Positions 36,051-47,899 of a stretch of 64,000 nt of DNA are shown here, piece after piece. Origin of the DNA: Amphiscolops sp. MND2022 (taxonomy: Eukaryota); NCBI GenBank assembly GCA_964187785.1, contig OZ076412.1, forward strand, positions 17,050,001 to 17,114,000, written 5' to 3'. Below the pieces are notes generated by a model. That model made no database searches. It saw only the letters and a list, made by a program, of their open reading frames with translations, and was not told the DNA's origin. Position numbers and translations under genes: made by a program. Within the stretch, counting starts at the first letter, position 1; every line of letters starts with the position of its first letter.

Positions 36051-37129
36051 AAGAGTAACCCCATTGATAATTAGAACTGTTGACAAACAAAAATGAAACT
36101 GTTGCTATTTTCAGTTTGCTTACTAACAACTACTCTAACTTTATAAAAAAACATAGTGTCATCGCATGAAGTTTTAGTTACAGTAAACATTGATATATTC
36201 TTTTTTCTGAGTAACTTTCCTTAGAAATACGTTGAAACTAAATGGACTATGTTTCTCACGAGGTTTACTAATACGAATTCTACCATACTGAAACAAAAAA
36301 CGACTCTTTATTTTTTCAAAAAAAAGATTCAGTTTGAAATCAAATTAGATTGGAATTGGGACAGATATTCCGGAACCACTTTCGCAAAGCATTTTGAAGC
36401 ATTGCTAAATTTCAAAAAAAAACATGCTCTACTGATTACTATTTTAGTGCTTTAGGTGTAATGTTTAAGAAATTGAGGTATCTCACAGACCAATTTCAAC
36501 AATTTTGTAATGATGACAGGATACTCTATCTACTAGATGACGATAAAATTTTCTGTTGAGAGAAGACCCGAGAAAACTATAACTATAAGTTGAACATCAA
36601 TCCTCAACCATACATTTTGTTTCAAAAATGTCTCTCTCTGGAAAAACTGTTAAAGTAAAGTCTCGTTGGAAGTTTGCAACAAAAATCTTCCGAGTGGCCA
36701 TGTTTGTTGAATTTTTAAGCTTTCAAAGCTGTTGATAATGGTGAATCACCTAGTTAGAAACGAAAAGTGATGAAATTCATATCTTCCCTGTTTTTGTTTG
36801 GCGCGTTTTGACAAAAAGTGCCATAAAAACCTCGAAAACATATAACCTCGGATCCCCCACAGGCTATCTTGATGTTTTTCACATCGATTGTTGTCGGCAC
36901 TGAGACCTCTCCTTTGTTTCGATAATTTGAAACAGCATGGATGTTAAAAAATCCCTAAGAGTCCTCTGTCTGCATTATTCGGCACTGTGACATTGTTCAA
37001 AAATACCATTTTTTTTGATTTTTGAGGAATATTTTTTCGTATACTGCAACAAACTGGAGTTTCAAAAGGCCCAAAGTCCTTCTTTTTTCAAATTGTAAAT
37101 GTTTGCGCTTTCAGACCCTGAGATATAGC

Positions 37130-38620
37130 GCAGACTTTGGCTGTTCCCGGATTGTTCAGTACAGACTTTAACGATTTTAGAAGCACCCAGCAGTCGCGAT
37201 TCGAATGCTTGTTACGAACCATGTTCGATCCGTCTTTTTGGGTGACTTGCGCTGATCTGTTGGGTTGTTTTCTTTTCCCGACTTCTAGTTGATATTCTGA
37301 AGAAAAATATGATTGTTTCGAAAAGTGTAATCCGAATTTAGTTTATGAGTTTTGAGTTTTACAAAAGTAGAGAATCAATCGTAATTGAGAAAGAAATCGA
37401 ACCGCCAATTGAATCGAAAAATGAAAGAATAATTTCACAAATACAAGTTACATAAACCCTAGCAGATCCTAGCATCATCTGTTCAAACCCGCGTATCTTA
37501 AATTCCATCGAAATTTTAGTCACTTCCTGTATTTTTGTGGCGAATTTCATTTAGTACTTTAATCTACGCAGGCGTTTCGTCTTTTTTTGTGTTATCTCTT
37601 TTGTAAGATTGATATTAGTCATCACCCAGTGTCAAATCATTTTTTTCCGGGGACCATTTTTTCCTTCCAAGCAGGAAATATATTTCACTTCGGTGTCAAT
37701 TCGGAACTGATTCCGTGTTTTACTGCTTTGTTTCGCGGGAAATTTAACGCGAATCTAACGCTGGCCTGAACAGCTTATACCTGAGTTTGAATCCAACTTG
37801 AAGAAAATTGGGTATTTGCCTAAATTGAACTTTTCGGTGATGCTAAGTGAAATAAATCTAGTTAATGACAGCAGGTTTTTAATTAGATGCTCGGATTAAC
37901 ACCTGTATGATCAACAAAATAACGAACACATAAATGCAGTTACTTGATTTATTACTTGACGGGATGACAACAACAACTTATTCATGGACACAAAATGATT
38001 CTTACGATTTGAATGAATATTAGTTCTTTTCAACCAAACGACATTAAACAAACATGAAATGAGCATTTCATAATCTTTTAGGTTCAAAATAACGCAATTA
38101 ATGAGCTTAAACAAAATACTCGTTTACAAAAATACCAATAGCACATAATTTTAATCAATTATATTATATAAAAGATACATCGAACGGGCTTGCGTATAAA
38201 TTGTGACTTTCATTCAAAGGTCGTTAATACAAACACCTAAACCAAGCCTAAAGAGAATCTCTACTTTTTTTTATACGACGGAACATGGACGTACAATGCA
38301 ACATTCTTTTCTTCATACTAAAACTTGACGCAGACTATTTGAGTTTTACTCAGTTTTTCTTTGCTAAACTAGCAAATCATTCATTTTTGATACCGTTCTT
38401 TTGGTTATATTCATAAATTTGCGACGTAGTGTTGACAAGTTTTTATGGCCAGCTTTACAAGCTGCTGAGTATGACGCAGTGCTGACGAGCAATTTGGAAA
38501 GAAGTTCTAGCTAGCTGGCAGCTAGCGACGCAGTGCTGGCGAGTAGTTTGTAATGAATTCTAGCCAGCTGCCAAGGCTGTAACGTAGTGCTGAAGAAAAA
38601 TTTGAAATAAATTCTACTAG
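37130..38620 (-). mobile_element. Decayed Gypsy-family fragment, paralogous to 40560-41760
   Basis: 37200-37770 aligns by eye with 40580-41160, and both are followed by the same 54-bp tandem repeat block. Confidence 0.6.
38440..38610. repeat. About 54-bp minisatellite (TAGCTAGCTGCCAAGGCTGTGACGTAG...) in a Gypsy fragment
   Basis: TAGC(T/C)AGCTG at 38508 and 38561 (period 53); same unit as 41510-41750. Confidence 0.7.
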
Positions 38621-39299
38621 AGATTTTCTTTTAGTTTGTTTTCATTTTAACCCAGTCCAGACGCGGACTGTGACAGGGCCACTGTCCAGGGAAAAAAGAG
38701 TCTGGAGGGGTGAATTGAATGCAAGATATATATTGTGATTTGTAAACTTTCAGGACGACTGTTTTTGTACCAGAAAAAAAAATAGGCTTTAGAATTGGAG
38801 AAAGATTCTCAATGATCAATTGATATCAATACATATTTTTTTCTCTAACCACCTCAAATGTTGACGTAATGCCATTCGTTCTGCGGCGGGTATTTCCAAT
38901 GATGTCTCGGTTCTATTTCGCAGAAAATTGAACGAAATTCTACTGTCATCGCTACGTTTTACCAGAAACATGTGTTTTTATATCGGAATTTATTGGGTTT
39001 TGAATTCATTCATTTCTTAGTTGTTGATGATTTTAACTGGTCACTGTTTATTTAGTTTGATAAAATAGTATAACTGTTTTCATAATGCATCCGTGGCCAC
39101 GGCCAAACTACACCTCTTGGCAACTGCAACCCAAGCTGGGCGCGAACTGTGTCATGGCCACTGTGAAGGGGCGGAACACTCCCGTGAGGTTGAAAATCGG
39201 GGTTGAGTTGGACATTGCAGCTCGCGCCCAACTGAATCTGTTGCTTTCTCACGCGCTTGATTGATTGCCTCGTTTCACTGGCTCGTCGCGATAGTTCAA

Positions 39300-41760
39300 T
39301 GAATCTCTCTATCGATGGTCTCACTTACGTAGAAGACCAACGGTAGAAAGATTTCTCTGAGGTTTTAATGAGGTCAATTTTACGTCACTTTCAATAGGGG
39401 TGTTTTGACCTTGTTTTTGTAATGACAACAATCTTGCGTCTTGAATATTGGGTTTTTTCAACTAGTCATTCGCGACGTCATTCTTGCGTCTTCATATATG
39501 CGCTGGATTAATCCTGTCATTTGTGACGTCAATCTTGTGTCATTGTTTATGGGCTGTTTTTACCCGGTCGTTTTCAATTTCACTTGATCTTGAAATATCA
39601 AGATCTGCGAAGTGTTAATGAGGCTCAGTTTTCTTCTATGGAAGAGATATGCGTATTTTATACGCTGAGGCGCTGGTTATTCAACAACCTTTAGGTTTGT
39701 ACCATTCCTGTTCCATTAAGTGTTTGTGTTTATTACTTTTGACATAGTGTCTTTCTTCATCAGTATTTCAACAGCTTAGTTTTTCTGACGCGTCCCATCG
39801 GGAAAGTAATCCTCAGCAACTACGCCATTGTTATCTTTCTAACGCAAAACTAAGTCAGGAAAAGTCTTCTTTTATTTTTACTTACGCTTGTGAGCTAATT
39901 CGCCCGTCTCTGGAGGAGAAGAACAACCAAGAGAGTATGTTGCCAGCTTTTGGAACCACGTTTTGTGGTAATCAAGGTCCTCGGCCAGTGGTGGACTGCA
40001 TCTGACAATGTACTGACGGGAAAGTTGTTGTTGTAGTAGTCGTCGAATTTGAACTCGTTTGGCATAGTAGGTCAACAAGTAGTCTCCATTTGCCGTTTGG
40101 GTTGCGTTGCTCAAATATCGTGTCTGCGGGTTTGAATAACGGGAGGGTAGTGATTATTCCGTATCTCTGCATAAGTACATATGCTACTGTGATGTCTTCT
40201 CTGAGGTTGACGGGTAGAGCTAGACTATGAGTGAAGAAAGAGTTTTTGTTCTTCGGTGTTAATTTCACTTCTAAAATGTTGTTGATTCCATTGTCGTGTC
40301 GTTGTCTCTCGGAGATATCTTTATACTCGACTATGGTGGATGCCGATTGCTTGTTTTCTTTGTCATATAGGAAAGAGTTTTTTCAATTCAACATATAAAG
40401 GAATTTCTGTCGTGAAGCGGCGTCTTTCGTGGGTCAAGGTTCTCACTCTTAAAGAGTTTGCGTTTTTTCTACAGATATCGGCTGTGAATTAGTGAACGTT
40501 CGTCTTCATTTCCAGAACGAAATGCTTCAGCGATGTGCTGAGAACATTTGTTGAGTTGTCCAAAACTCCTGTCATCATCTTACGAACTTTGTTCGATCCA
40601 TTACTTTTGGTTAGCTTGCACTGATCTTCTGCTGGACTGTTTTCTTTTCGAATTTTTGGATCGAATTTTTTCGATTTTCAGTTGATATCTTGTAGAAAAA
40701 TATGGTTGTTTCGAAAAGTTTTTTTCAATGTTAGTTTATGAGTTTCACGTTTTACAAAGGTAAAGACGCGATCAAAATTGAGACAAAATTAATCGCAGAC
40801 TGAATTACAAATCGAATGAATACTTCCACAATTACAAGTTTTCATACCCTCCCAGCATCATCAGTTCATCTCCATTTCTCCTAATTGCCATTGAGATATT
40901 AGTCACTTCCTGTGATTTTCCGGCACAATTTGTTTAGTATTCTAATCTACAAAGGCATTCCGTCACTTTTTGTGTTGTTTCCATAGTTAGATTTTGTTAT
41001 TTATCACCAGTGTCAACTCATTTCATCCTGGCGTCGTATTTCCTTTCAAGCAGGAAGTAGGTTTTACTTCAGTCTGTCAAACCGGAAATGTTTCCCTGTA
41101 TTACTGCTATGGTTCGCGGGAAAGTTGACGCGGAACTAACGCTTGCGTGAACAACTAACTAATTCCTGTTTTCCTTCCAAAAACCCTGATTTTCATTCAT
41201 AGGTAGTTATAACGAATCCCTTATATCAAGTTTTTGGAATATCTCAGACTTTCCTGAATAATTTCATCCTCATACGTCAAAAAATAGCCGTAGAATGCAA
41301 TATACTTCGGTTCCTATTATTATTTGACGCAATCGTGACGTAAAAGAATGGTCCTCTTACAATTTCCTTGATCATTGGCGCTATCCTGACGCCGAATAAA
41401 TCAGTATCTCCTCACTAAAAAATCAAATCTTTCGAATTTATTACCGTTCAAATGCTAATTTTCATAACTTTGCGACGTATTCTCGACAATTTTTTATGGC
41501 TAACTTGGCAAGCTGCCCAGTATGACGCAGCGATGACGTGCAATTTGGAATGAAATTCTAGCTAGCTGCGAAGCTAGTGACGTCGTGGTGACGATTAATT
41601 TGTATTGAAGTGTAGCTAGCTGCCAAGGCTGTGAGGTAGCGCTGACGAGTAATTTGGAAAGAACTCTAGCTAGTTGTCAAGGCTGTGACGTAGCGAAGGC
41701 GCGAATTTTTTCTTACTGCCAAGGCTGTGATGACGTAGCGTTAACGTAACATTTGTTTTT
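39300..41760 (-). mobile_element. Decayed Gypsy element (RT remnant plus upstream region)
   Basis: ORF 39972-40268 KLTPK...LPVNLREDITV..LMQRYGIITTLP...IFEQRNPNGKWRLLVDL matches the RT start of the Gypsy at 51072-52079 (KLTPK...IPTNLKDDLLV..LMQEYGIITTLP..IFAQRKPNGNLRILVDL). Confidence 0.8.
41510..41750. repeat. About 54-bp minisatellite in a Gypsy fragment
   Basis: TAGCTAG(C/T)TG at 41559, 41613 and 41667 (period 54), about 4 units. Confidence 0.75.
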
Positions 41761-42279
41761 AGCACTGATTTTATTGGCTGACGCATTACGAAACATATGC
41801 CGCAACGAACTAGCAAGATCTTGCTAGTTCCGTTAACAGCCAATAAAAACGCGTCATTATTTCAAATACGCGTTACGTGTTTTGCTCGTTACACGGTGTG
41901 ATTTGGATTGTACACTACGCACTTTACACTGTACACTAGTGAATTTTACACTATGCACTGTTTGATTAAAATACGGTTCGCTCTCGTTTTACGGAAAATA
42001 CACTTTACACTTGATGATAAACTCCACTTTTGCGGCATATGCAGCGTAATGCGATAGGTGAGCTAGGTTAAGGTCTTTTAAAATATCATACTCAAATTTT
42101 TGACGTCACAACATCAATAACTATCACAGCTGACTTCTAGAATTTTAAATTTAGATTGTTTTCAATTTAATCCAGTACGGACGCTCAGCATTCTGGCAAA
42201 ACCGGATGAGACTAAAAAATCTACTTCGTAATTGTTCTAGTTTTGTGGGACTTTCTCAAAACTTTTTAATACCTCTAGA

Positions 42280-43300
42280 AGGTCTCCACTTATTTTTGTG
42301 ATTTTTTGTAACTGGACTTTCGAAAAGTTGAAAGGGCCTCCCTTTTACAATATGCGGCATTGTGAGATATTTCAGAATGATTTTTTTCTCAGTGTTCCAG
42401 CACAATATAACCAAACTTTTGACGTTATATCCAAATTAAGTTGCGTTGCATTGAAGAGGTGGTCGAGGTTCAAAAATCTTGCGCTGTATCCTCATTTAAG
42501 TGGTTTAAGCTCAACTTGGCCACTGTGCCAAATTCGGCACCTTTTTTTTCTGCAAATACTAAACGCACCAACAAAACTCTTGAATAATATTTTCAGACGA
42601 GTTTGCATAGCATTCGGGGCCTTACCACGGAAAATTGACATGATGTCTCCGAAATCCAAAAAATGGGTCCCAAAAATCAGAAAAAAATGAGTGCAGGTTT
42701 TCCGTTTTTCCAGTTGTTGTTTCCCCTTTATCCCACTGGTATCAACATTGGGTCAAAGCGGTCCCAGCATATTTTGAATCATGCTGAAAAGCAATGAGAA
42801 ACACGACGCGTGCAATTTTTTTGCGCAAAGTTTGGAGCTAGTACGGCTAGCGGGCACCCAGCCCAGCAGTTTGAAAATTGATTTGAAAGGCCTGATTTGC
42901 GTCTTTCGAACCCTGTATAAATAGTTTGTCGGACTTGAAAAGTTCAGGAGGTTTGCAGTTTAAACTTCATTGCGGTTTAAAGTTTAGGTACCGGATTTTT
43001 GAATGGATCCGAAATTTTCCTGGTCAACTTAGGGCTAATTCGTAGTTTTTTGCGTTTAGTAAATAAGCGGCAGTTGTCTCAATAAGATTCCGCTGTCTGC
43101 TTTTTAAGAAAGTGTTTTCAGAACTATACGACTTTGTTCCAAAGTGTTTTCATCGAAGCCCCTCAATTTTTACTGAAAACCAAAGGTTTCGCGAGCATTC
43201 TTTAAGGTTTTTAGCACTATGCGACTTACTTGCGTTTTTTCCTGATTTTACGTTTTTAGAGTAATCTGGTTGAGCAAAATGTTTTTTGTGTCTCCAGTTG
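42280..43300. repeat. Dispersed non-coding repeat; uninterrupted paralog of the BEL-1 target site
   Basis: CCCAGCCCAGCAGTT..ATTTGAAAGGCCTG..TATAAATAGTTTGTCGGACTTGAA..TTGCGGTTTAAAGTTTA (about 42855-42985) matches the left (8260-8303) and right (15051-15125) flanks of BEL-1 joined together. Confidence 0.7.
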
Positions 43301-44039
43301 GGAAAAAAGTAGTTTTAGGGTGTTATGCGTATCTCTTCGCGTATTTTTGCCATTGAAAGTTGAAGAAAGTTCAACATAGCGCCTTTTTGCATGTTTAGAA
43401 AATTAGGCTGTTGCCGGCTAGTTGATTTTTGCCCAGGACATTCCAATCAAAACCTTGCATTTGTCGTGAAGCATTCAAAGAGTTTTGGGATGAAACCTAC
43501 TTCAATTCAGGTTCTCAAAGATTTCGAAGCAATGTTACCATCAATCAAAGTCTAGTTTCTTCATAACAGTTCATTTATTGTTTTTATACTGTAACAAATT
43601 CCGAAAATCTGTAGTCTTCGTTGTAATGTAATCGGAGCTTGAAGGAAATTTTTCGAAGGCAAACGGCAGTTGGTAATCGATTATTAGCAAGTGACGATGA
43701 TGCCCCCTTGTCATGCCCGGAAGAATGAATAGACGACAAGACGAATGCAACCACTATTCGTCACAACCTCAGCAAAATCAACCATTTGTTTAATCAAAAT
43801 TCATGGAGCTGCTAAAATGGGAAAAAAGACTGGTTCAAGCGGTCTTCAAGTAATATGTATTTTTCTCGGAAATCAATTCAATTCATTTTTTTCTTATCAT
43901 GAAGCATCGACTTATACAATCCAGCAGTTAGTCTTCAATAATGAAAAAACATCAAAAATCCCAACATGATGTTGTTATTCATCAACGATACTTGTAGCGT
44001 CATTTAGTGTACATTTGAATAGCATCATTTCAGTCGTAG

Positions 44040-44350
44040 ATTTACTGTAACCATGGTAACCATCTGCAATAAGTTAGTGCTGTTAACACAGCGCTGTGGG
44101 ATGAGATTGCTAATTACTTAAAATAGTATGTAGAAAGTGCGAAAGAATACTGTGTGATAGTATGTATAAGTTTGTGACGACTGAAACACGCCGGCGTAAT
44201 CACACCATCAATAACACCTGATGTAACGACCAACCAGAAAGTAGCACCTGAAGACGCATACTTAAAGGTGAGTACCTGCAGAAAGTACGAGTGAACTTCA
44301 GTAACATTTTGGTTACCATACAGTGCAGACGCTTTCAGTATTAACTTCAT
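44040..44350 (-). pseudogene. Candidate GPCR N-terminus/TM1-TM2 exon with an in-frame stop
   Basis: M...GNQNVTE (N-glycosylation sequon)...FWLVVTSGVIDGVITPACFSRHKL...STYYFK*LAISSHSAVLT resembles TM1 G.IGN.IT...FSR and TM2 ST..Y...LAI.D. Same strand as, and upstream of, the exon at 29079. No phase-compatible donor found. Confidence 0.4.
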
Positions 44351-44467
44351 TCCATTTCTACGTTATTTTTGATACTTAACAATTTCATTTATATTCGTCC
44401 CAATATCTCAATTCAACTCCTTAACTCAAATACTTTCCTACCTACATGATGATCACCAGATCACAGA

Positions 44468-44667
44468 NNNNNNNNNNNNNNNNNNNNNNNNNNNNNNNNN
44501 NNNNNNNNNNNNNNNNNNNNNNNNNNNNNNNNNNNNNNNNNNNNNNNNNNNNNNNNNNNNNNNNNNNNNNNNNNNNNNNNNNNNNNNNNNNNNNNNNNNN
44601 NNNNNNNNNNNNNNNNNNNNNNNNNNNNNNNNNNNNNNNNNNNNNNNNNNNNNNNNNNNNNNNNNNN
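44468..44667. other. Assembly gap (200 N)
   Basis: Run of 200 N; the round length suggests a scaffolding placeholder. Confidence 0.99.
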
Positions 44668-44682
44668 CCTTTCTCTTTTTTT
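44668..44682 (-). promoter_or_regulatory. Putative polypurine tract of the Gypsy element
   Basis: AAAAAAAGAGAAAGG on - immediately before the N gap, where a 3' LTR would begin. Confidence 0.6.
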
Positions 44683-44697
44683 GCATGTGCTGCTTTG

Positions 44698-46005
44698 ATG
44701 AGGTACTATCCGGCTCATCTGTTGATGATAATGGTTCTTTCAGGTAATGCCTCTTGTGCATAGTTGTTTATTGAATTTGGTTGTGTTGTTTTAGTGGTGA
44801 AGTACTGTGTTCGGCTGAGCGGCAAAGGGCGGGACCGCCGATTGGTCGCCGAGCGTGAACTGGCGCAGTTTATCCGAGGATTGATGCAGTTCCTCTATCC
44901 CAGTGCAAGTACTCCTGCCGAATATGAGATTGCAGCATTGTTGGAGCCTATTGATTGTGACTGTGCTGATGTGGACACGGACGTGTATCGACTGCATTTT
45001 GGACAGTACTTCCGTTTTGACATAAGTAGTCAAGTGCCTTTCTACTACAAGTCTGTTAAAAAATTGTTAGTAGCGCTGTGTAAAGGGCTGACTACCATGT
45101 GGCAGCGGATGTGGCCTAAATATCTGAGTTTGACCCTGCTCTCATTCATAGTTGGTCCGACGGTCGTCGTGTCGATGCCTTCGTTGACACATGCGCAGTG
45201 TTGACGGCTCATGGTTTGCTTGATGTGGACAGTGGCGGGACTGTTCAGCAGCAGTACTTAGACGTAACTCATTTTTTCAAGAGGAAGTGGTCGGCTCAAC
45301 ATGACGAAGTACCTGTGGTCGAGGATATCATGATATCATTTCTCTGTGGATGTCTTACCCTCATTGGGGACGGTGTGAGCAACTTAGAAAGGTGGTGGAC
45401 CCTGTGGTTACTGGATTGCAGTTACTGGAACTTATGAATCTGATTTTGATGATGGTGCACAGACTGCGTTAGATGTTGACACATTAATGTCAAGTGTGCA
45501 TTTAGTAAGGAGCTGGTTTACTTGTTCGTTTGTCGGACAAACGCGAAAGAGCCTACAAGGATTGCTACGAGTTACTGAGTCAACCGATGTGCTGGTGTCG
45601 AGGTTGTCGGATGGTGTGCGCGGTAAGCCTTGGGACCAATTACTCAAGGTAGGAATTGATCAAACTTTGGCCCGTTGTATTGGATTTTTAACAAGCGACC
45701 TTAGCTCTGCCATTGTTCCTATGGTTGATGACAACCGGTCTACCGTCCTAGTCTAGCTAAATGTGATGGAAGCAGTTACAACTAGTCCCATTCGGGGTTC
45801 GCTTAGTCTTAAGGTGAAACGTTCTGTCGGTCCGTCAAGAGGCAAAGGAGCTTCTACTCAATCGGCTGTAAAATTGGTTGCCGGAATAAGTGAAGTCGGT
45901 ACAAGTATGCAAGCAGCTGGACAAGGTATGCGTCACTCTGATTCTGGTAAAGGAAATCGAAGTTCATCTTCACGTGGTCGTCGCCGGAGAAGCACGTGGC
46001 GCTAA
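44698..46005 (+). pseudogene. Spliced accessory ORF of about 400 aa, antisense to the Gypsy pol, unknown function, frameshifted
   Basis: Exon 44698-44743, then a GT-AG intron 44744-44794 (51 nt, phase 1, removes the in-frame TAG at 44761-44763). Successive + ORFs 44764-45204, 45198-45437, 45487-45756 and 45763-46005 join through frameshifts and stops; basic SRGRRRRSTWR C-terminus. Confidence 0.6.
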
Positions 46006-47899
46006 AACGTTAGTTCTAACGAGTTGTGCCGGCAGTCCCTCAACGCAAAAACAGAAAAAGTCAACTTCGAAAAAGAGAGCAAAACGTACCATCCTCGAAT
46101 CATCTGACGAGACTAAGAACTATTTTTGCTGTTTTGATTCTGTTGTAAACTTATCAAACTTTTAGACAGCGAGTGTTTTTCTTTGGGGAGGATTTTTTCT
46201 GTCTGCACGTTTTTTGTTAGAGTTTACTGTTGTGGATTTTGTTTTCCCCTTTTGTGGTTGAAGATTTTCGTTGATTTCTGTTGAGTATTACTCATTATTG
46301 GTAGTATCGTGTTTTGAGGTTAGTATGTTCACTTCGAGTTGTTTTTCTTCGGCTTTTGTTTCATTGAATGAAGCTGAATTTAAATGTTGCCTACGTTATA
46401 CTAATTTTATGGCCTATTTTGCATGTAAACTCTGTTAGCTGGTCTCAAATGTCAGAGCAGTAGACTCACTTTTTACAAGTGTCTCGGTTCTAGTAGCGTA
46501 GTGGCTCGCGCAACTACCAATGGAATGCTCTCACCCATCAAGCACCGCTTGTTCATCGTAGTTGTTCATGATTATCGCTTACATATGACACAAGTGGAAA
46601 CTTGGTGGGTGGGTGGAGCCGCTCTGCTCCTACAGATGATTTGAACTTGTTAAGCGTTTGCTTTATTACTCCGCTAGTTGGTGGTTCAACATGTGTTTGC
46701 TAACTAAATGTCACTTTAGGCTGTCAATCAGTCCGTAGTTTTTCATGTGAACGTTGTAATATAAGTGTCATGTTTGACGTCGTCATCGTTGATGTGTGTC
46801 TCGCGACGTCATCACTCGTGAAGTGTGTCAAATTTTAACATTCAATCAATGGGAAATGGGTATCCCCATGTCCATTGTGCTTTTAGGCAAGGGGTGGTGT
46901 ATCCCATCCCTTGTTTTTAATATGTACATGTGGTCAGAGTGTCTAAATGTGTTTTATTGTTTTATTCTTTCTGACGCGAGGCGAAGCCTACGAATCGCCA
47001 GTAAGAACAAAGACTTCACGACTTAAGTGTCAAGTAAAGGTGACCACTGCATGTAACTGTCCTAGGAAGAAGTTTTTACTTTCGGTTCGTTGGGAAAGGT
47101 TATTTGCCGTCGCAAAAACCCATATAAAACTAACACCAAATCCACTTGCTAAAGAGCAAGCTTCATCTGAAAATGCACGTCCAACCACACAGACACGCTT
47201 TTGATGACGCACCCACATAGCCGACACTATAGCTATTCAGATAAAAAGCTCGGGGACTAGGGTCTTTTGACGTAACCTAAACGAGTCAGCTAAGTCTTTT
47301 TCATTCTTGACTGTGATGTGTTACGTTCATAAAGGTGATTTAACCCTTTTGATTTAAGACTGATGGTTACAAAATTGCAGAGCTATTCCTTTGAAAGTGT
47401 GTGGTTGGAAAAATTTGTGAAGTGCATAAATTAGCATTTCGATTTTACGTGAGTTACATGTACTTAGTAATGTCGGTTACTGTTACGTAGTGTATGTGAC
47501 TGCATTACATGTATTTACTTTCGCGTTCAACTGTCTCGGTAGAGAGTAAAATTTACTCTGCCGGTAAACTCAAGTGTGAAGGACAGTGAGTATAGGTCGT
47601 CACTGAAATGGCATACAGTAAAGGAAGTAATTGGATGATGTCGTGGTTACATGTAGTGATGTAGGCTATGTTCAATTGAAGTTGTAGGTGGAAGTTTGGA
47701 AAATTTTTCCAAAGGTTTGCAGATTTCCATTGCATGAATTTTACTAAGGCAGGTTTTGCTTGTAGTTCGTGGACAAGGAAGTTATCGTACGTTTTTGGCA
47801 CAGGTGCTTCTCAAGACTATACCGAGTTATGTTGTTTCGCGTAATCGGTGCAGGCGTTTCAGAAGTAGATGCAGTTGACCCCGCGTCATCATTGACCGG

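Noticed and set aside
41510-41750. CRISPR-like array
   Set aside because: Whole units repeat with no unique spacers, the context is eukaryotic, and there are no cas genes.
44446-44763. ORFs spanning the N run
   Set aside because: Artefacts of translating through the assembly gap.
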